A DNA stretch of 25,608 bases from a virus (lineage: Duplodnaviria; Caudoviricetes). The DNA is taken from positions 1 to 25,608 of IMG/VR virus record IMGVR_UViG_3300009656_000012; one strand, written 5' to 3'. Positions within the stretch are counted from its first letter, which is position 1, and each line of letters opens with the position of its first letter. Below, piece by piece: positions 1 through 8,592 of the stretch. The translations under genes and the position numbers were made by a program. The notes beneath the pieces were generated by a model. The model saw nothing but the letters and a program-made list of their open reading frames with translations. It was not told the DNA's origin and ran no database searches.

Positions 1-40
1 TCGGCGCAAAGACCGGATGCTTTAATCCTATATAGGCCAT
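1..40 (-). CDS. Major tail protein, 5' end (runs off window)
   Basis: ATG at 40 with AGGAGGT RBS; reads MAYIGLKHPVFAP, resembling the N-terminus of phi13-family major tail proteins; expected position after the gp10-like gene. Confidence 0.7.
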   Translation of the reverse strand, partial: MAYIGLKHPVFAP

Positions 41-45
41 TATTG

Positions 46-456
46 TTACCTCCTGTTCAGATAGTCGTCAAAAATATCTTCCATCGCTTGTTGGACCCTC
101 GGCCCAGCTTCCTCATCTGCATCGTCAACCCAGTGTGAGCCTTTAATGCTGCTGGAGCCATAGTGCAATATGAACGCTTTTTCTGCATTCCGTACACCCT
201 TACGGTCCTTGCCGATCGGATAAATGTCGATAGTGCGTATTCCGCTTACGTCTTTAGGCGTTTTCGGAAAGCCGACACTTGCCAACATATCGCCGGTTTT
301 TTTGTGTCCGTGCATTCCTCCTGCCAGCCCCCAGGACAGCTTAACCTCCTGGGCTCCGGCCAACAGCATGTCATCGCCAACTTCTTCCAGGCCGTTGCCC
401 ATCCTGGTGACCGCGGCAATGATATCGTCAATTCCACTGGTGTCGAACCTGGCCAT
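46..456 (-). CDS. HK97 gp10-like tail completion/neck protein
   Basis: 136 aa; KTGDMLAS, AFILHYGSS and HWVDDA motifs typical of gp10-like proteins; located in head-tail block. Confidence 0.75.
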   Translation of the reverse strand: MARFDTSGIDDIIAAVTRMGNGLEEVGDDMLLAGAQEVKLSWGLAGGMHGHKKTGDMLASVGFPKTPKDVSGIRTIDIYPIGKDRKGVRNAEKAFILHYGSSSIKGSHWVDDADEEAGPRVQQAMEDIFDDYLNRR

Positions 457-768
457 TTAAGACACCTCACAATCAAATATGTGATGTATATAGCCGGTAT
501 CCCGCTCATAATTGACCAGGTAATCACATGAGATCTCGTCAGTATCGAGCAACGCCCGTATTTTATCCCGGTTAGGGTCGTTCTCGGTCCTGGTGAACAG
601 ATCTACCTGCACCTTCCAGGCTCTTTCCCGCAGTGCATTATCAGCGTTCATATGATGAGCCCCATACTCAGCCCAAACTATGTAGCTGTCCGGCTGCTGG
701 TGGGCATGGTAATGCGACACTGGTGGGCCGACCGTCAACAGCAGGTTTTTTAAATCTGACAAGGTCAT
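457..768 (-). CDS. Tail terminator/head-tail joining protein
   Basis: ATG at 768 after AAGGGTGA RBS; YIVW...QVDLFT...YERDTGYIHHIF pattern; synteny. Confidence 0.65.
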   Translation of the reverse strand: MTLSDLKNLLLTVGPPVSHYHAHQQPDSYIVWAEYGAHHMNADNALRERAWKVQVDLFTRTENDPNRDKIRALLDTDEISCDYLVNYERDTGYIHHIFDCEVS

Positions 769-781
769 AAGCAATCACCCT

Positions 782-1711
782 TTACAGTGTTACAAAATAC
801 TCTGTTTTTTCCCTTACCTTGACTTCATCCACACCGCCGTCCAATTTTTGACCGCTGATTGTATCGATCACTCCCGCCGTGTTTACGGTAGCAGTAAATG
901 GCGTTCCTTCCAGCAAGTCAATCGCCGCTTTTACCTCTGCAGCTGTTGCGTTAATAACCGGGTCAATGCCACCTTCGATGTCTGTTACTGTAACCGCCTC
1001 GCTGAACACGCCAGATCCGTCGCCGTCTGCCGCCGCAGTAAATAAAAGGTTGATGGCGACAGTGTTGTTGAGTATAGCGGCGATATCGCTTGCTTTATTT
1101 TTCGTTGGATCGAGCGCCCCCGTTGCGTCGGTCCCCAAGGTTACAGTTATTAAGCCAGTGTCCGGGTTAATGCCGGCAGTCAGGGGTTGGCTTTCGCCGG
1201 TGCCCGCTGCGACCTCAATCGAGTACCCTTCCAACACGCCGACTTCGTTGGCCGTGATGGTTATTTCTTTATTAACTCCGGCCCCTATTTTGGCCGAGGC
1301 GGCCGTTCCGGCATCCGTGCCAAGGGTGATGGTTAATGCGCCATCCTCAAACACCGCTGTGGTTTCGGCATTTCCGCCCTCGCCCTTTTCGGTGTAGCAC
1401 CAGTATTCATTAGCATACGAGCCGGTTTCGCTTGCGTTGATTGTGATTTTACCCTTTCCCGCCGGCTGGAAAATGATACCTGCGGCAACTCCTGTAACAA
1501 TGGCGGGAATTGTGATCGTGTCAGCGGTGTTTGAAGTGATCTTACGCACATACTCAACGCCGTCAATAACTATTTTTATCAGCTTGTCTTTCACAATATC
1601 AGTACTCAGATTCTTGCTGGTGTCCACAAGGGTGGTCACGGTTCCCCCGGTAGCCCGGCCCCGCAGCTGGCTTCCGCCATCAACTATCTTTACGGGCCAT
1701 AAATTAGCCAT
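782..1711 (-). CDS. Putative virion structural/decoration protein with nested duplicated beta-rich domains
   Basis: 309 aa, rich in Thr/Ala/Gly; repeats LTITLGTDA/ITVTLGTDA and IEGGID/LDGGVD; AAGGAGG RBS; lies within head-tail block. Confidence 0.65.
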   Translation of the reverse strand: MANLWPVKIVDGGSQLRGRATGGTVTTLVDTSKNLSTDIVKDKLIKIVIDGVEYVRKITSNTADTITIPAIVTGVAAGIIFQPAGKGKITINASETGSYANEYWCYTEKGEGGNAETTAVFEDGALTITLGTDAGTAASAKIGAGVNKEITITANEVGVLEGYSIEVAAGTGESQPLTAGINPDTGLITVTLGTDATGALDPTKNKASDIAAILNNTVAINLLFTAAADGDGSGVFSEAVTVTDIEGGIDPVINATAAEVKAAIDLLEGTPFTATVNTAGVIDTISGQKLDGGVDEVKVREKTEYFVTL

Positions 1712-1723
1712 TACATCGCCTCC

Positions 1724-2083
1724 TTACGCAAGGTCATAGTCCGAATCAAGCTTTTCCAGCGTTAGGTCCATGACCGGCGGCTCAACATCTGGTGGGTACT
1801 GCACCTGCTTTATCTCGTATTGAGTACCATCTACCGGGATAGCTATGTCATGTGTGGATATGGCGTCAATCCTTGGCGCTCTTATAACCATATCCACCTT
1901 CACCTGATTCTGCATAGCGGCCCAAAAACGATTCATGCCGACCGTGCGCTCGTCATAGCGCAGAGGGCCAGCCTTTAATGTCAGGCCTTCCCGGGGCATG
2001 TCTCCGGGGTCCGCGATATTGCCGACCGAGTACACATTCACTATTCCGCTGTTAAACGTCTGGGTCAGCGTTTGCGGCTTCAT
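1724..2083 (-). CDS. Head-tail adaptor / head closure protein
   Basis: 119 aa; TFNSG...RFWAAMQ...YEIKQVQ...LTLEK pattern; GGAGGTGG RBS; synteny. Confidence 0.7.
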   Translation of the reverse strand: MKPQTLTQTFNSGIVNVYSVGNIADPGDMPREGLTLKAGPLRYDERTVGMNRFWAAMQNQVKVDMVIRAPRIDAISTHDIAIPVDGTQYEIKQVQYPPDVEPPVMDLTLEKLDSDYDLA

Positions 2084-2363
2084 AGTCGGCCACCTCCTGA
2101 CTGATCTGCAGGCTCAAGAGTTCATGCAGATAGTTACCCTGAAACTCAGCAAGCGCGTTGGATCGTACATACCGGCAGTAATCAAAGAGCAGTTCCCTGG
2201 GCTTGTCCTCGATGGTGTAATCCATGGCGACACCCGCAACACTGTCAATATACTTCATACCCCGCTCAATGATTCCAGTCAGTTTGGTATCTCCTGCCGC
2301 ATCAACCCAGGTGATGTCCAGGTAATTACGCACTGCATCAAGCAGTCCATCTGGCAGCGCCAT
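2052..2363 (-). CDS. Head-tail connector (gp6/gp15-like)
   Basis: 103 aa; LLDAVRNYLDITW...ELLFDYCRY helical pattern; follows capsid. Confidence 0.8.
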   Translation of the reverse strand: MALPDGLLDAVRNYLDITWVDAAGDTKLTGIIERGMKYIDSVAGVAMDYTIEDKPRELLFDYCRYVRSNALAEFQGNYLHELLSLQISQEVADYEAANADPDV

Positions 2364-2369
2364 GCCCTA

Positions 2370-2543
2370 TCACCCGCCTTTACAAGTGCTGTCCGGCTTA
2401 TCCTTCACTTCTTCAACCAACCGTCCGAAACGAGTTGCGTTTATCTCCTCGTATCGCTGCCGAGACAAGATAAAGACGTCGCCCTTTTTACGAGCGACGT
2501 CCTGTTTTTTATCCCGGAACGATTTTATTACTCGGGCCTTCAT
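2370..2543 (-). CDS. Small basic protein (57 aa) downstream of capsid, not in ORF track
   Basis: Manual translation MKARVIKSFRDKKQDVARKKGDVFILSRQRYEEINATRFGRLVEEVKDKPDSTCKGG; fills the gap exactly; similar small genes commonly follow phage capsid genes. Confidence 0.7.
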   Translation of the reverse strand: MKARVIKSFRDKKQDVARKKGDVFILSRQRYEEINATRFGRLVEEVKDKPDSTCKGG

Positions 2544-2546
2544 GGA

Positions 2547-4007
2547 CTAGGCCACGGTGTAGGTCACCGCTACGACATAGGTTTCAACATAGTCGCCGTT
2601 GGTTACGGTGATGACAACTACGTTCTGCCCTTCGGTGAAGGTCAGCGCCGATAAGGTTGCAGCCTGACCGTTCAAGGTTGCGGTGATAACAGCGTTGTCA
2701 GTATCAATCGCAGTTGCAGCGATTGCACCGGACGCGGCATCAACCTCAGCCTCGTAGTAGTGGACATTGCTGTCAAACGCTGGGGTTATGGCATCGGCGC
2801 CAGCATTTACTGTCAACCCCGCCAATCGGGCTTCAACATACGGAGTAGCTTTAATCACTGGGAAATAAGGCTTCAGGTCGGCGATATCAATGCGCTTGAA
2901 CGACACTGCATCGATCGGCCGGCCGTTGCCATACAATTTGGTCAGGTAATAGCGGTCATCCTCTAGGAATTTATAATGGTCGCTGTATTCGATTTTTCCG
3001 CCCTTGCCAGTGCCCAGGCCAAAGAAATACCGTTTGCCCAGGCCGATGATAGCTTCACCCTGGGGCACATGCACCGACTGGATCACCCGGGTCGGGAACG
3101 GGAACACGTTATTTACCCAAGTGCCGTTGACCAGGAAAGTTGTAGCCGGCATCAGCTTGGTGAAGTAATCAACCGGGTTGACGATAAATAGCACCTCGGT
3201 TACAGTGCGGACCAGTCCATTAGGACCGATAGCCAGGCTGGCAATTATCCCTCCATAGGTTGCCGGAGTGATCTCGGCCAAGGGCACAGGCACCAATAGA
3301 GGGTAGCCGGTAACGGGATCAAGCGCCCCGGCCGGGTTCCTTCTCATACCGGTGGGCTGGTCCAGTCCGTCGCCGTCGATGATGGCTTCTTCCAGGCCAT
3401 TGGCAATAGCTTCACCGAGGATGGTCCTGACATAGCGATCCAACCATACCGGGCCGATTTCCAGCATTGCCTTGCACACCGGCAGGAATGCGGACAACTT
3501 CTTCTGGGTCAGGTCGATCACCTGGGTGCCCGCGGTCAATTCGGTCACAACATCATCACAGAGTTTGCTCCAGGTTGCCATGTGGCGGCCGTCCTGGGTG
3601 CTAACCAGGATCTCCACCAGTATGCCGGTATCCTGGAAGTTGATTGCATCCAGCAGAGGATGGTTCTCAACGATGTCCTCAAAGATTGCATCGATGACAG
3701 TCTTGGGCAGGGTCTCATCGATCAAAGTGATTGCCTGCTGCGGATTGCCCGACTTCATCGCCCCTATCAGGGCCTCGTAGTATTTGGTCTCCTGGCTGGT
3801 CAGGGCTCTCGATCCGCGGCCGGTGAGTATCTGATTGTCAGCCGCCTGGACCATGCCGCGCGCCTCTGCCATAACCGCTTCCTGCAGCATGTCGGTATAT
3901 TCAGCAAAGGCTTCGGCAAAGGCTTCCTCGTTGCCATCCTTCATGGCCTGGTTCAGCTTATTCATGATCTGGGCTTTCTGCAGCTGTAATGCGTCAAGAT
4001 TTCTCAT
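2547..4007 (-). CDS. HK97-fold major capsid protein with C-terminal cadherin-like beta-sandwich
   Basis: 486 aa; N-terminal coiled-coil delta-like region; HPLL, IIDGDG..QPTG and YGNGRPID motifs; last ~95 aa (LAGLTV...PAFD...Y...GQNVVVITVT...TYVVAVT) fit the cadherin-like pattern. Confidence 0.92.
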   Translation of the reverse strand: MRNLDALQLQKAQIMNKLNQAMKDGNEEAFAEAFAEYTDMLQEAVMAEARGMVQAADNQILTGRGSRALTSQETKYYEALIGAMKSGNPQQAITLIDETLPKTVIDAIFEDIVENHPLLDAINFQDTGILVEILVSTQDGRHMATWSKLCDDVVTELTAGTQVIDLTQKKLSAFLPVCKAMLEIGPVWLDRYVRTILGEAIANGLEEAIIDGDGLDQPTGMRRNPAGALDPVTGYPLLVPVPLAEITPATYGGIIASLAIGPNGLVRTVTEVLFIVNPVDYFTKLMPATTFLVNGTWVNNVFPFPTRVIQSVHVPQGEAIIGLGKRYFFGLGTGKGGKIEYSDHYKFLEDDRYYLTKLYGNGRPIDAVSFKRIDIADLKPYFPVIKATPYVEARLAGLTVNAGADAITPAFDSNVHYYEAEVDAASGAIAATAIDTDNAVITATLNGQAATLSALTFTEGQNVVVITVTNGDYVETYVVAVTYTVA

Positions 4008-4781
4008 TTACCTGTCCCTTCCTTCCTGGCGTATAAGCGCCGATAAAAATTTGATCGTCTTGTTCTCCTGGGGTTCGGGTTCTGGCTCAGGGACCGGATC
4101 CGGATCAGGTTCCGTCACCGGTTCTGCCGGCGGCTCTTGTCCCTCTTGCGCGGATAAAATTAAGCCTTTCTTTATGAGATTAAACAAAGATCTGCGGGCG
4201 TTAGCTGCGGCTTTTCCGTCTGTTCCTGCTGCGCTGATAACCGCCGTAGCGAATCCCATATCCAGGGCTTCCTGGGGAGTGAGCCAGGTTTCATTATCAA
4301 GCAAATCTTTGAGTTCCTCTTCGGTAATGCTTACAACTTCCATATAGGCGTTTACCGATGCTTGGGTTATTTTATCGAGATCCTCTGCAGCCTTCCTGAG
4401 CTCATTGGCATTTCCTGCAGCGAAGTTCCAAGCGTTATGAATCATCAACAAGGAGGCGTTATTCATTATGCGCTCGTCCCCGGCCATGAACACGACGCTT
4501 GCAGCGGAACACGCAAAGCCATCATCAAAAGTCCTGATTTTGGCCTTATGCTGTTTCAGGGTGTTATAAATAGCCAATCCTTCTGATACATGGCCCCCAT
4601 ACGAGTTGATATGGACATTAATCAAATCAACATCAAGATCTTTTACATCTTTGACTAGGGAGTAGCCGGACGTGTCGCTTTCAAACCACTGCCATTCAGG
4701 GCATACTATATCGCCGAAGATGTAAATATCAGATTGTTTGTCCGCGGTCACCAATGAATAATATTTCGTTGGATTCTTCAT
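4008..4781 (-). CDS. ClpP-like prohead maturation protease
   Basis: Start re-called to ATG 4781 (GGAGGTGA RBS); INSYGG, ACSAAS (catalytic Ser), MIHNA (His), ETWLT; Pro/Glu-rich C-terminal linker. Confidence 0.92.
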   Translation of the reverse strand: MKNPTKYYSLVTADKQSDIYIFGDIVCPEWQWFESDTSGYSLVKDVKDLDVDLINVHINSYGGHVSEGLAIYNTLKQHKAKIRTFDDGFACSAASVVFMAGDERIMNNASLLMIHNAWNFAAGNANELRKAAEDLDKITQASVNAYMEVVSITEEELKDLLDNETWLTPQEALDMGFATAVISAAGTDGKAAANARRSLFNLIKKGLILSAQEGQEPPAEPVTEPDPDPVPEPEPEPQENKTIKFLSALIRQEGRDR

Positions 4782-5946
4782 TTTTTTCACCTCCCTCCAA
4801 AGCCGCCAACAGGTCAGCAACAGTCGAATAGTTTTTAGTCATGAAATGTTGGTTGGCCCAGTCCTCCGCGATCGGTTCCTCTCCAACCAGGTCCCTGATG
4901 TCATTGATGCAGAACACGCCTGATCCGATCAGCTTGTCGATCGAGGCAGATACACTCAACAGATCCACGTGTTTTATCGCCTTGGTATCGATCTTCACAT
5001 AGGTGCCTTGTTTCCACAGTTTATACCCGGACCGCTTGCGGTTGATTTCCTCATGCAGCATATCGGCCAACGGGTCAATACAGAATGTCAAAAAATTATC
5101 CAGCGCATCAGATACGCCTTGGACATCACCGCGAAGTAACGCCGGGGGAACCCCGAACGCCCTGGCTGTGAAATCAAATACATCATCAATCTGCGCCCTA
5201 ATGTCCCTGGTGCTCTCGCTGCTGTACGTCTTTTGGGTGAGCTCTTTCCACTCCTGGCCGCGTCCCAGGGGCAGGGCTGCGTTGTCACCTGATAGCCACT
5301 TGCTGATTTTTTCGTTTATCAGCTTGTCAAAGGCTGTACGTTCCTCGGTTCCGGCTACCGGGATGGTTTCATATTTAAAAACGCCCTTAGTCCCCCGGGA
5401 ACGCCTATAGGCCTTCATGCTGTACTGGATCAGCCTGGCATAGCTGTCATACAAGCCATTGATCAGCTGCCGCATATCAACGGAATTAAGCTGAAAATAT
5501 AAAACCTCTGACTGTGTAAATGACCGATCGAAGGTGAAGTTCTTGACAGTTACCTGCGAAAATATGTCATCATACAAGGCATAGGGAGTGCAGGTGAAAG
5601 CATCTGCTATCAGCAGCTGCCCATTCTGCTCGATAACCAGGCACTCATTATAACGGTAGAGCTGGGCTATCAACTTATGCAAAAACCCGCTGCTGTTCTG
5701 ATTTTTGTTCGGTTCCAGATTCCACAGGTAATATTCTCGCTCTTTAGTTTCCGTGCCATTAACAAATGTCTTGATCTCGCATTTACTGATAGCATTGGCC
5801 ACCAGGTTGACTGCTGACCAGAACGCCATTTCCCGTATATAGATGTCTGCCACAAGCTCTGCATATTCTTCTGTCAATTCCCCAAGGTCACTCAGCGGTA
5901 CCGGTGCCCCGCCAAGTTTTTCTTTTATCCAGGTCCAAAAACTCAA
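4729..5946 (-). CDS. HK97-family portal protein
   Basis: 405 aa; YLWNLEPN, ARAFGVPPALL and INDIR motifs; between terL and protease. Confidence 0.92.
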   Translation of the reverse strand: MSFWTWIKEKLGGAPVPLSDLGELTEEYAELVADIYIREMAFWSAVNLVANAISKCEIKTFVNGTETKEREYYLWNLEPNKNQNSSGFLHKLIAQLYRYNECLVIEQNGQLLIADAFTCTPYALYDDIFSQVTVKNFTFDRSFTQSEVLYFQLNSVDMRQLINGLYDSYARLIQYSMKAYRRSRGTKGVFKYETIPVAGTEERTAFDKLINEKISKWLSGDNAALPLGRGQEWKELTQKTYSSESTRDIRAQIDDVFDFTARAFGVPPALLRGDVQGVSDALDNFLTFCIDPLADMLHEEINRKRSGYKLWKQGTYVKIDTKAIKHVDLLSVSASIDKLIGSGVFCINDIRDLVGEEPIAEDWANQHFMTKNYSTVADLLAALEGGEKNEESNEILFIGDRGQTI

Positions 5947-5958
5947 TCCCTCACCCCC

Positions 5959-7629
5959 TTACCCGGTTATAACCGGCAAGTCCTCAAATACACTTCCGCC
6001 GGTTTCCAGTTCATCCTCGATTACCATCGAATGGACCAGCGCCATGAATGGGTCAGTCTTACGACTTTTAGCTTCAATCTTTCCGTATTCATAGTTTCCT
6101 TTGTCTTTCCCCTGGGCTCTACCGACAGGGATCTTCTTGGCATTATTCGTGGCCCACCTCAACAGCGGGTTATCATCCCAAGAGAAATACTGCTGCGTAA
6201 AGCAGCTGCTGATCACCGGCTCTGTTTTCATGATGTCCGATGGCCTCACGAGCTTTATGTTTTTTCTTTCGGTGGCGTCAAAGCCTATCTTGTTCAGAGA
6301 TTTGGCCAGCAAAGCATAGCGGAAGTTGTCCAAAGCTAGCTTGATCAGGTTGTATTTTGTCATCTGTTCGGCGATGTATTCAGTCAGCAGATCTGGATTG
6401 ATTTCTACATCGTCAACCAATGTCAGGTATCCTTCATCCGCCCATTGCCGCCAGGGTATTTTAAGCCGGGGAATGTCAAGGGATTTTAAACACAACCAAG
6501 AGTGGTTTATGTCGTATCGCCAGTCACCCTCTCGAAAGTGGATGTTGACAGATGCCAGGTCGGTTACCTTGGTATAGTCAATCCCAACCGTAGCACTCCG
6601 ACCGGTCAGGTCAGGCAGCGGCTTTTTGGTAGCCAGGATATTAGCCCATTCAGTAACGATGATTTCCCGGTTCTGTTTAGGCCAGTTCAGTCGCTTGGTG
6701 TAAAACTCCTCTTCCATAGCCGGCCGGTATTTCATCTCTATAAACTGCTGCTCCATCTCCAGTTGCAGGGTGGGCAGGTATTTCAAGGACGGATTAGCCT
6801 TGTGCCACATGGCCGGGTCTTTTGCCTCTTCTTCCTCATCGATCCGGTACACGAGCGGCAGCCATCGAAGATCTTTTATGATCCCTTTCAAAATATCGCC
6901 GGCAATGGCCAGCATATCGTCAAGTACACCTTCCCGGACATCTCCATTAGTGGTAATGTAAAAAGCCCTGGAATGCTTACGCTTTCCAAAGCCTGATGTA
7001 AATCTTTTTATTTGTTCGTAATCTTCGTATTGGTGCACTTCATCAAAGACCAGGCAGCCGGTTCGCTTGGAGTCCTTAGTCTTTGCGTTTGATGTGTTGA
7101 ACTTGATGTACGAGTTTGTACGAAAATTTATTATGATTTCCTTGGTTTTATAGAAAAATTTCTTAGACTTGGCCCAGGTCCGTTCCAACACATCATAGAT
7201 ATCCAAAAAAGATGTCTTGGCCTGGTCCTCAGCGTTGGCCACGATGTCGATGTTATAGCCTTTGATTCCGTGATAGTGAGTGGTCAGGTACCAGCAAATA
7301 GGACTGATAAATCCATTCTTGCCGTTCCCTCTGCCCTCCATGATGAAAATGACGCTGAATACCACCGTATCATCCGACTTATAAAAGCAATGGATGCAGG
7401 CGGTTACAAAAAGCTCCCAATCGAACAGCTTGATTTCAAAGTACCGCTCCATGAGTTCCACGGCTTTATCAATTGCTGCGGTATCTATAAACACATCGGG
7501 ATCACTGAGCTTATCTTCAACATAATCCATGGCCAGGCGGATATCTTCGCCGGCAATTATGGATTCGTCCCGGACCCCATCCATATAGCTATCTATATAC
7601 GGGTGGTAATCACATTTCCTCGTCGTCAC
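5959..7629 (-). CDS. terL: Terminase large subunit
   Basis: Walker A GRGNGKN, Walker B VFDEVH, ITTNG, WHKANPSL, nuclease GIDY and KTDPFMA; likely GTG start at 7629 overlapping terS. Confidence 0.95.
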   Translation of the reverse strand: MTTRKCDYHPYIDSYMDGVRDESIIAGEDIRLAMDYVEDKLSDPDVFIDTAAIDKAVELMERYFEIKLFDWELFVTACIHCFYKSDDTVVFSVIFIMEGRGNGKNGFISPICWYLTTHYHGIKGYNIDIVANAEDQAKTSFLDIYDVLERTWAKSKKFFYKTKEIIINFRTNSYIKFNTSNAKTKDSKRTGCLVFDEVHQYEDYEQIKRFTSGFGKRKHSRAFYITTNGDVREGVLDDMLAIAGDILKGIIKDLRWLPLVYRIDEEEEAKDPAMWHKANPSLKYLPTLQLEMEQQFIEMKYRPAMEEEFYTKRLNWPKQNREIIVTEWANILATKKPLPDLTGRSATVGIDYTKVTDLASVNIHFREGDWRYDINHSWLCLKSLDIPRLKIPWRQWADEGYLTLVDDVEINPDLLTEYIAEQMTKYNLIKLALDNFRYALLAKSLNKIGFDATERKNIKLVRPSDIMKTEPVISSCFTQQYFSWDDNPLLRWATNNAKKIPVGRAQGKDKGNYEYGKIEAKSRKTDPFMALVHSMVIEDELETGGSVFEDLPVITG

Positions 7630-7936
7630 TGAGATCACCGCCACCCTTGGACGGCTTCAATCCCAACTCGCTCAGTATTTTCAGCATCTGGGCGTTGGTC
7701 TTGTTAAGCTCTGCAATGCTATCATTCTTTTTATAGCCAAACTGGTTGCCGCCGTTGTCCCAGCGGACGGTGACGCCGCGTTTTCTGATGTCAGCAATAA
7801 GCTGATTTTTTATAGTCCACAGGCTCATGTAATCCTTGATGAGGTCAAGGTAATGATTGCCGTATGCTCCGTTGCGTTCAAGCTGATTTATCAGATCAAG
7901 TTCGATGTCTAGTTTTTTTGGTCGTCGTGCTGCCAT
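7610..7936 (-). CDS. terS: Terminase small subunit (P27-like)
   Basis: 108 aa; DIRKRGV...KKNDSIAEL.KTNAQMLKILSELGL; immediately upstream of terL. Confidence 0.88.
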   Translation of the reverse strand: MAARRPKKLDIELDLINQLERNGAYGNHYLDLIKDYMSLWTIKNQLIADIRKRGVTVRWDNGGNQFGYKKNDSIAELNKTNAQMLKILSELGLKPSKGGGDLSDDEEM

Positions 7937-8044
7937 TACCCTACCCTCCCATCATGTGGTTTTTGAAAAAATCTCTCTTGTCTGAGAACCCTTCCGGTCG
8001 GAGTTCCCTTTTTTAATTTGCGTTTTTTTCTTGCCGGGGGTACC
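7937..8044. other. Probable cos/packaging-origin region
   Basis: Non-coding gap between HNH and terS (- strand TACCCCCGG, A-tracts, then CCGACCGGAAGGG); this is where cos sites lie in HNH-terS-terL phages; exact cut not determinable. Confidence 0.55.
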
Positions 8045-8365
8045 CTACCATCTTTCTTTTGTCAGCGGTTTGGGCTTTTCCTTCTGTCGGTGATCGTGCG
8101 CCTGCTCATGACAAGCATGGCAAAGTGGCACCAAGTTCTGCTGTTCATACCCCTGACCGTCAGTATATGTCTTGCTCAGTGCCAGCTCGGGATATCGCTT
8201 AACATGCCGAACATGATGCACCGTATTTGCTTTAGTGTAATATCCTCTGGCCTTGCAGTGCTGGCATTCATACTTGTATTCAGCCAACACCTCGGCCCGC
8301 AGTCTTTCCCAGGCTGACGATCTGTAGAATTCGTGCAACTGGCCTGGTTGAACATTGGTAATCAT
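8045..8365 (-). CDS. HNH endonuclease (terminase-associated, HK97 gp74-like)
   Basis: Start re-called to ATG 8365; FYRSSAW, CQHC, VHHVRH, NLVPLCHACHEQAH, C-terminal ERW. Confidence 0.9.
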   Translation of the reverse strand: MITNVQPGQLHEFYRSSAWERLRAEVLAEYKYECQHCKARGYYTKANTVHHVRHVKRYPELALSKTYTDGQGYEQQNLVPLCHACHEQAHDHRQKEKPKPLTKERW

Positions 8366-8477
8366 AGTACGGCCCCACCCCACCGCTCCACTATGTACAT
8401 CCCCAGCCCAGCCGGCAGCGCCCCATAGAGTCAACCACATACGACAACAACAATGGTCCGGCCGGGCTTACCTCGAC

Positions 8478-8505
8478 AAACAAAAAGCCCGGCAGTAGCC
8501 GGGCT
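8478..8505 (-). terminator. Intrinsic terminator in late leader
   Basis: - strand AGCCCGGC-TACT-GCCGGGCT followed by TTTTGTTT. Confidence 0.75.
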
Positions 8506-8515
8506 GTGACACCAT

Positions 8516-8548
8516 AAGAAATAGCCGCCTCCATTTGGAGACAGCTAT
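8516..8548 (-). terminator. Terminator-like hairpin at start of late transcript
   Basis: - strand ATAGCTGTCTCC-AAAT-GGAGGCGGCTAT then TTCTT; 12-bp stem whose two non-WC pairs are G-U only on the - strand. Confidence 0.55.
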
Positions 8549-8554
8549 ACTCAG

Positions 8555-8583
8555 AGTATCACGCAATGTCAAAAATTTGTCAA
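8555..8583 (-). promoter_or_regulatory. SigA-type promoter for late (packaging/morphogenesis) operon
   Basis: TTGACA (8583-8578)-17 nt-GATACT (8560-8555); second TTGACA 11 bp downstream (8572-8567); palindrome ATACTC-A-GAGTAT at 8547-8559. Confidence 0.65.
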
Positions 8584-8592
8584 GAACTTTTT

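Noticed and set aside
4070-4135. Short tandem-like repeats in the protease 3' end
   Set aside because: They encode a Pro-Glu/Asp linker commonly seen in phage prohead proteases
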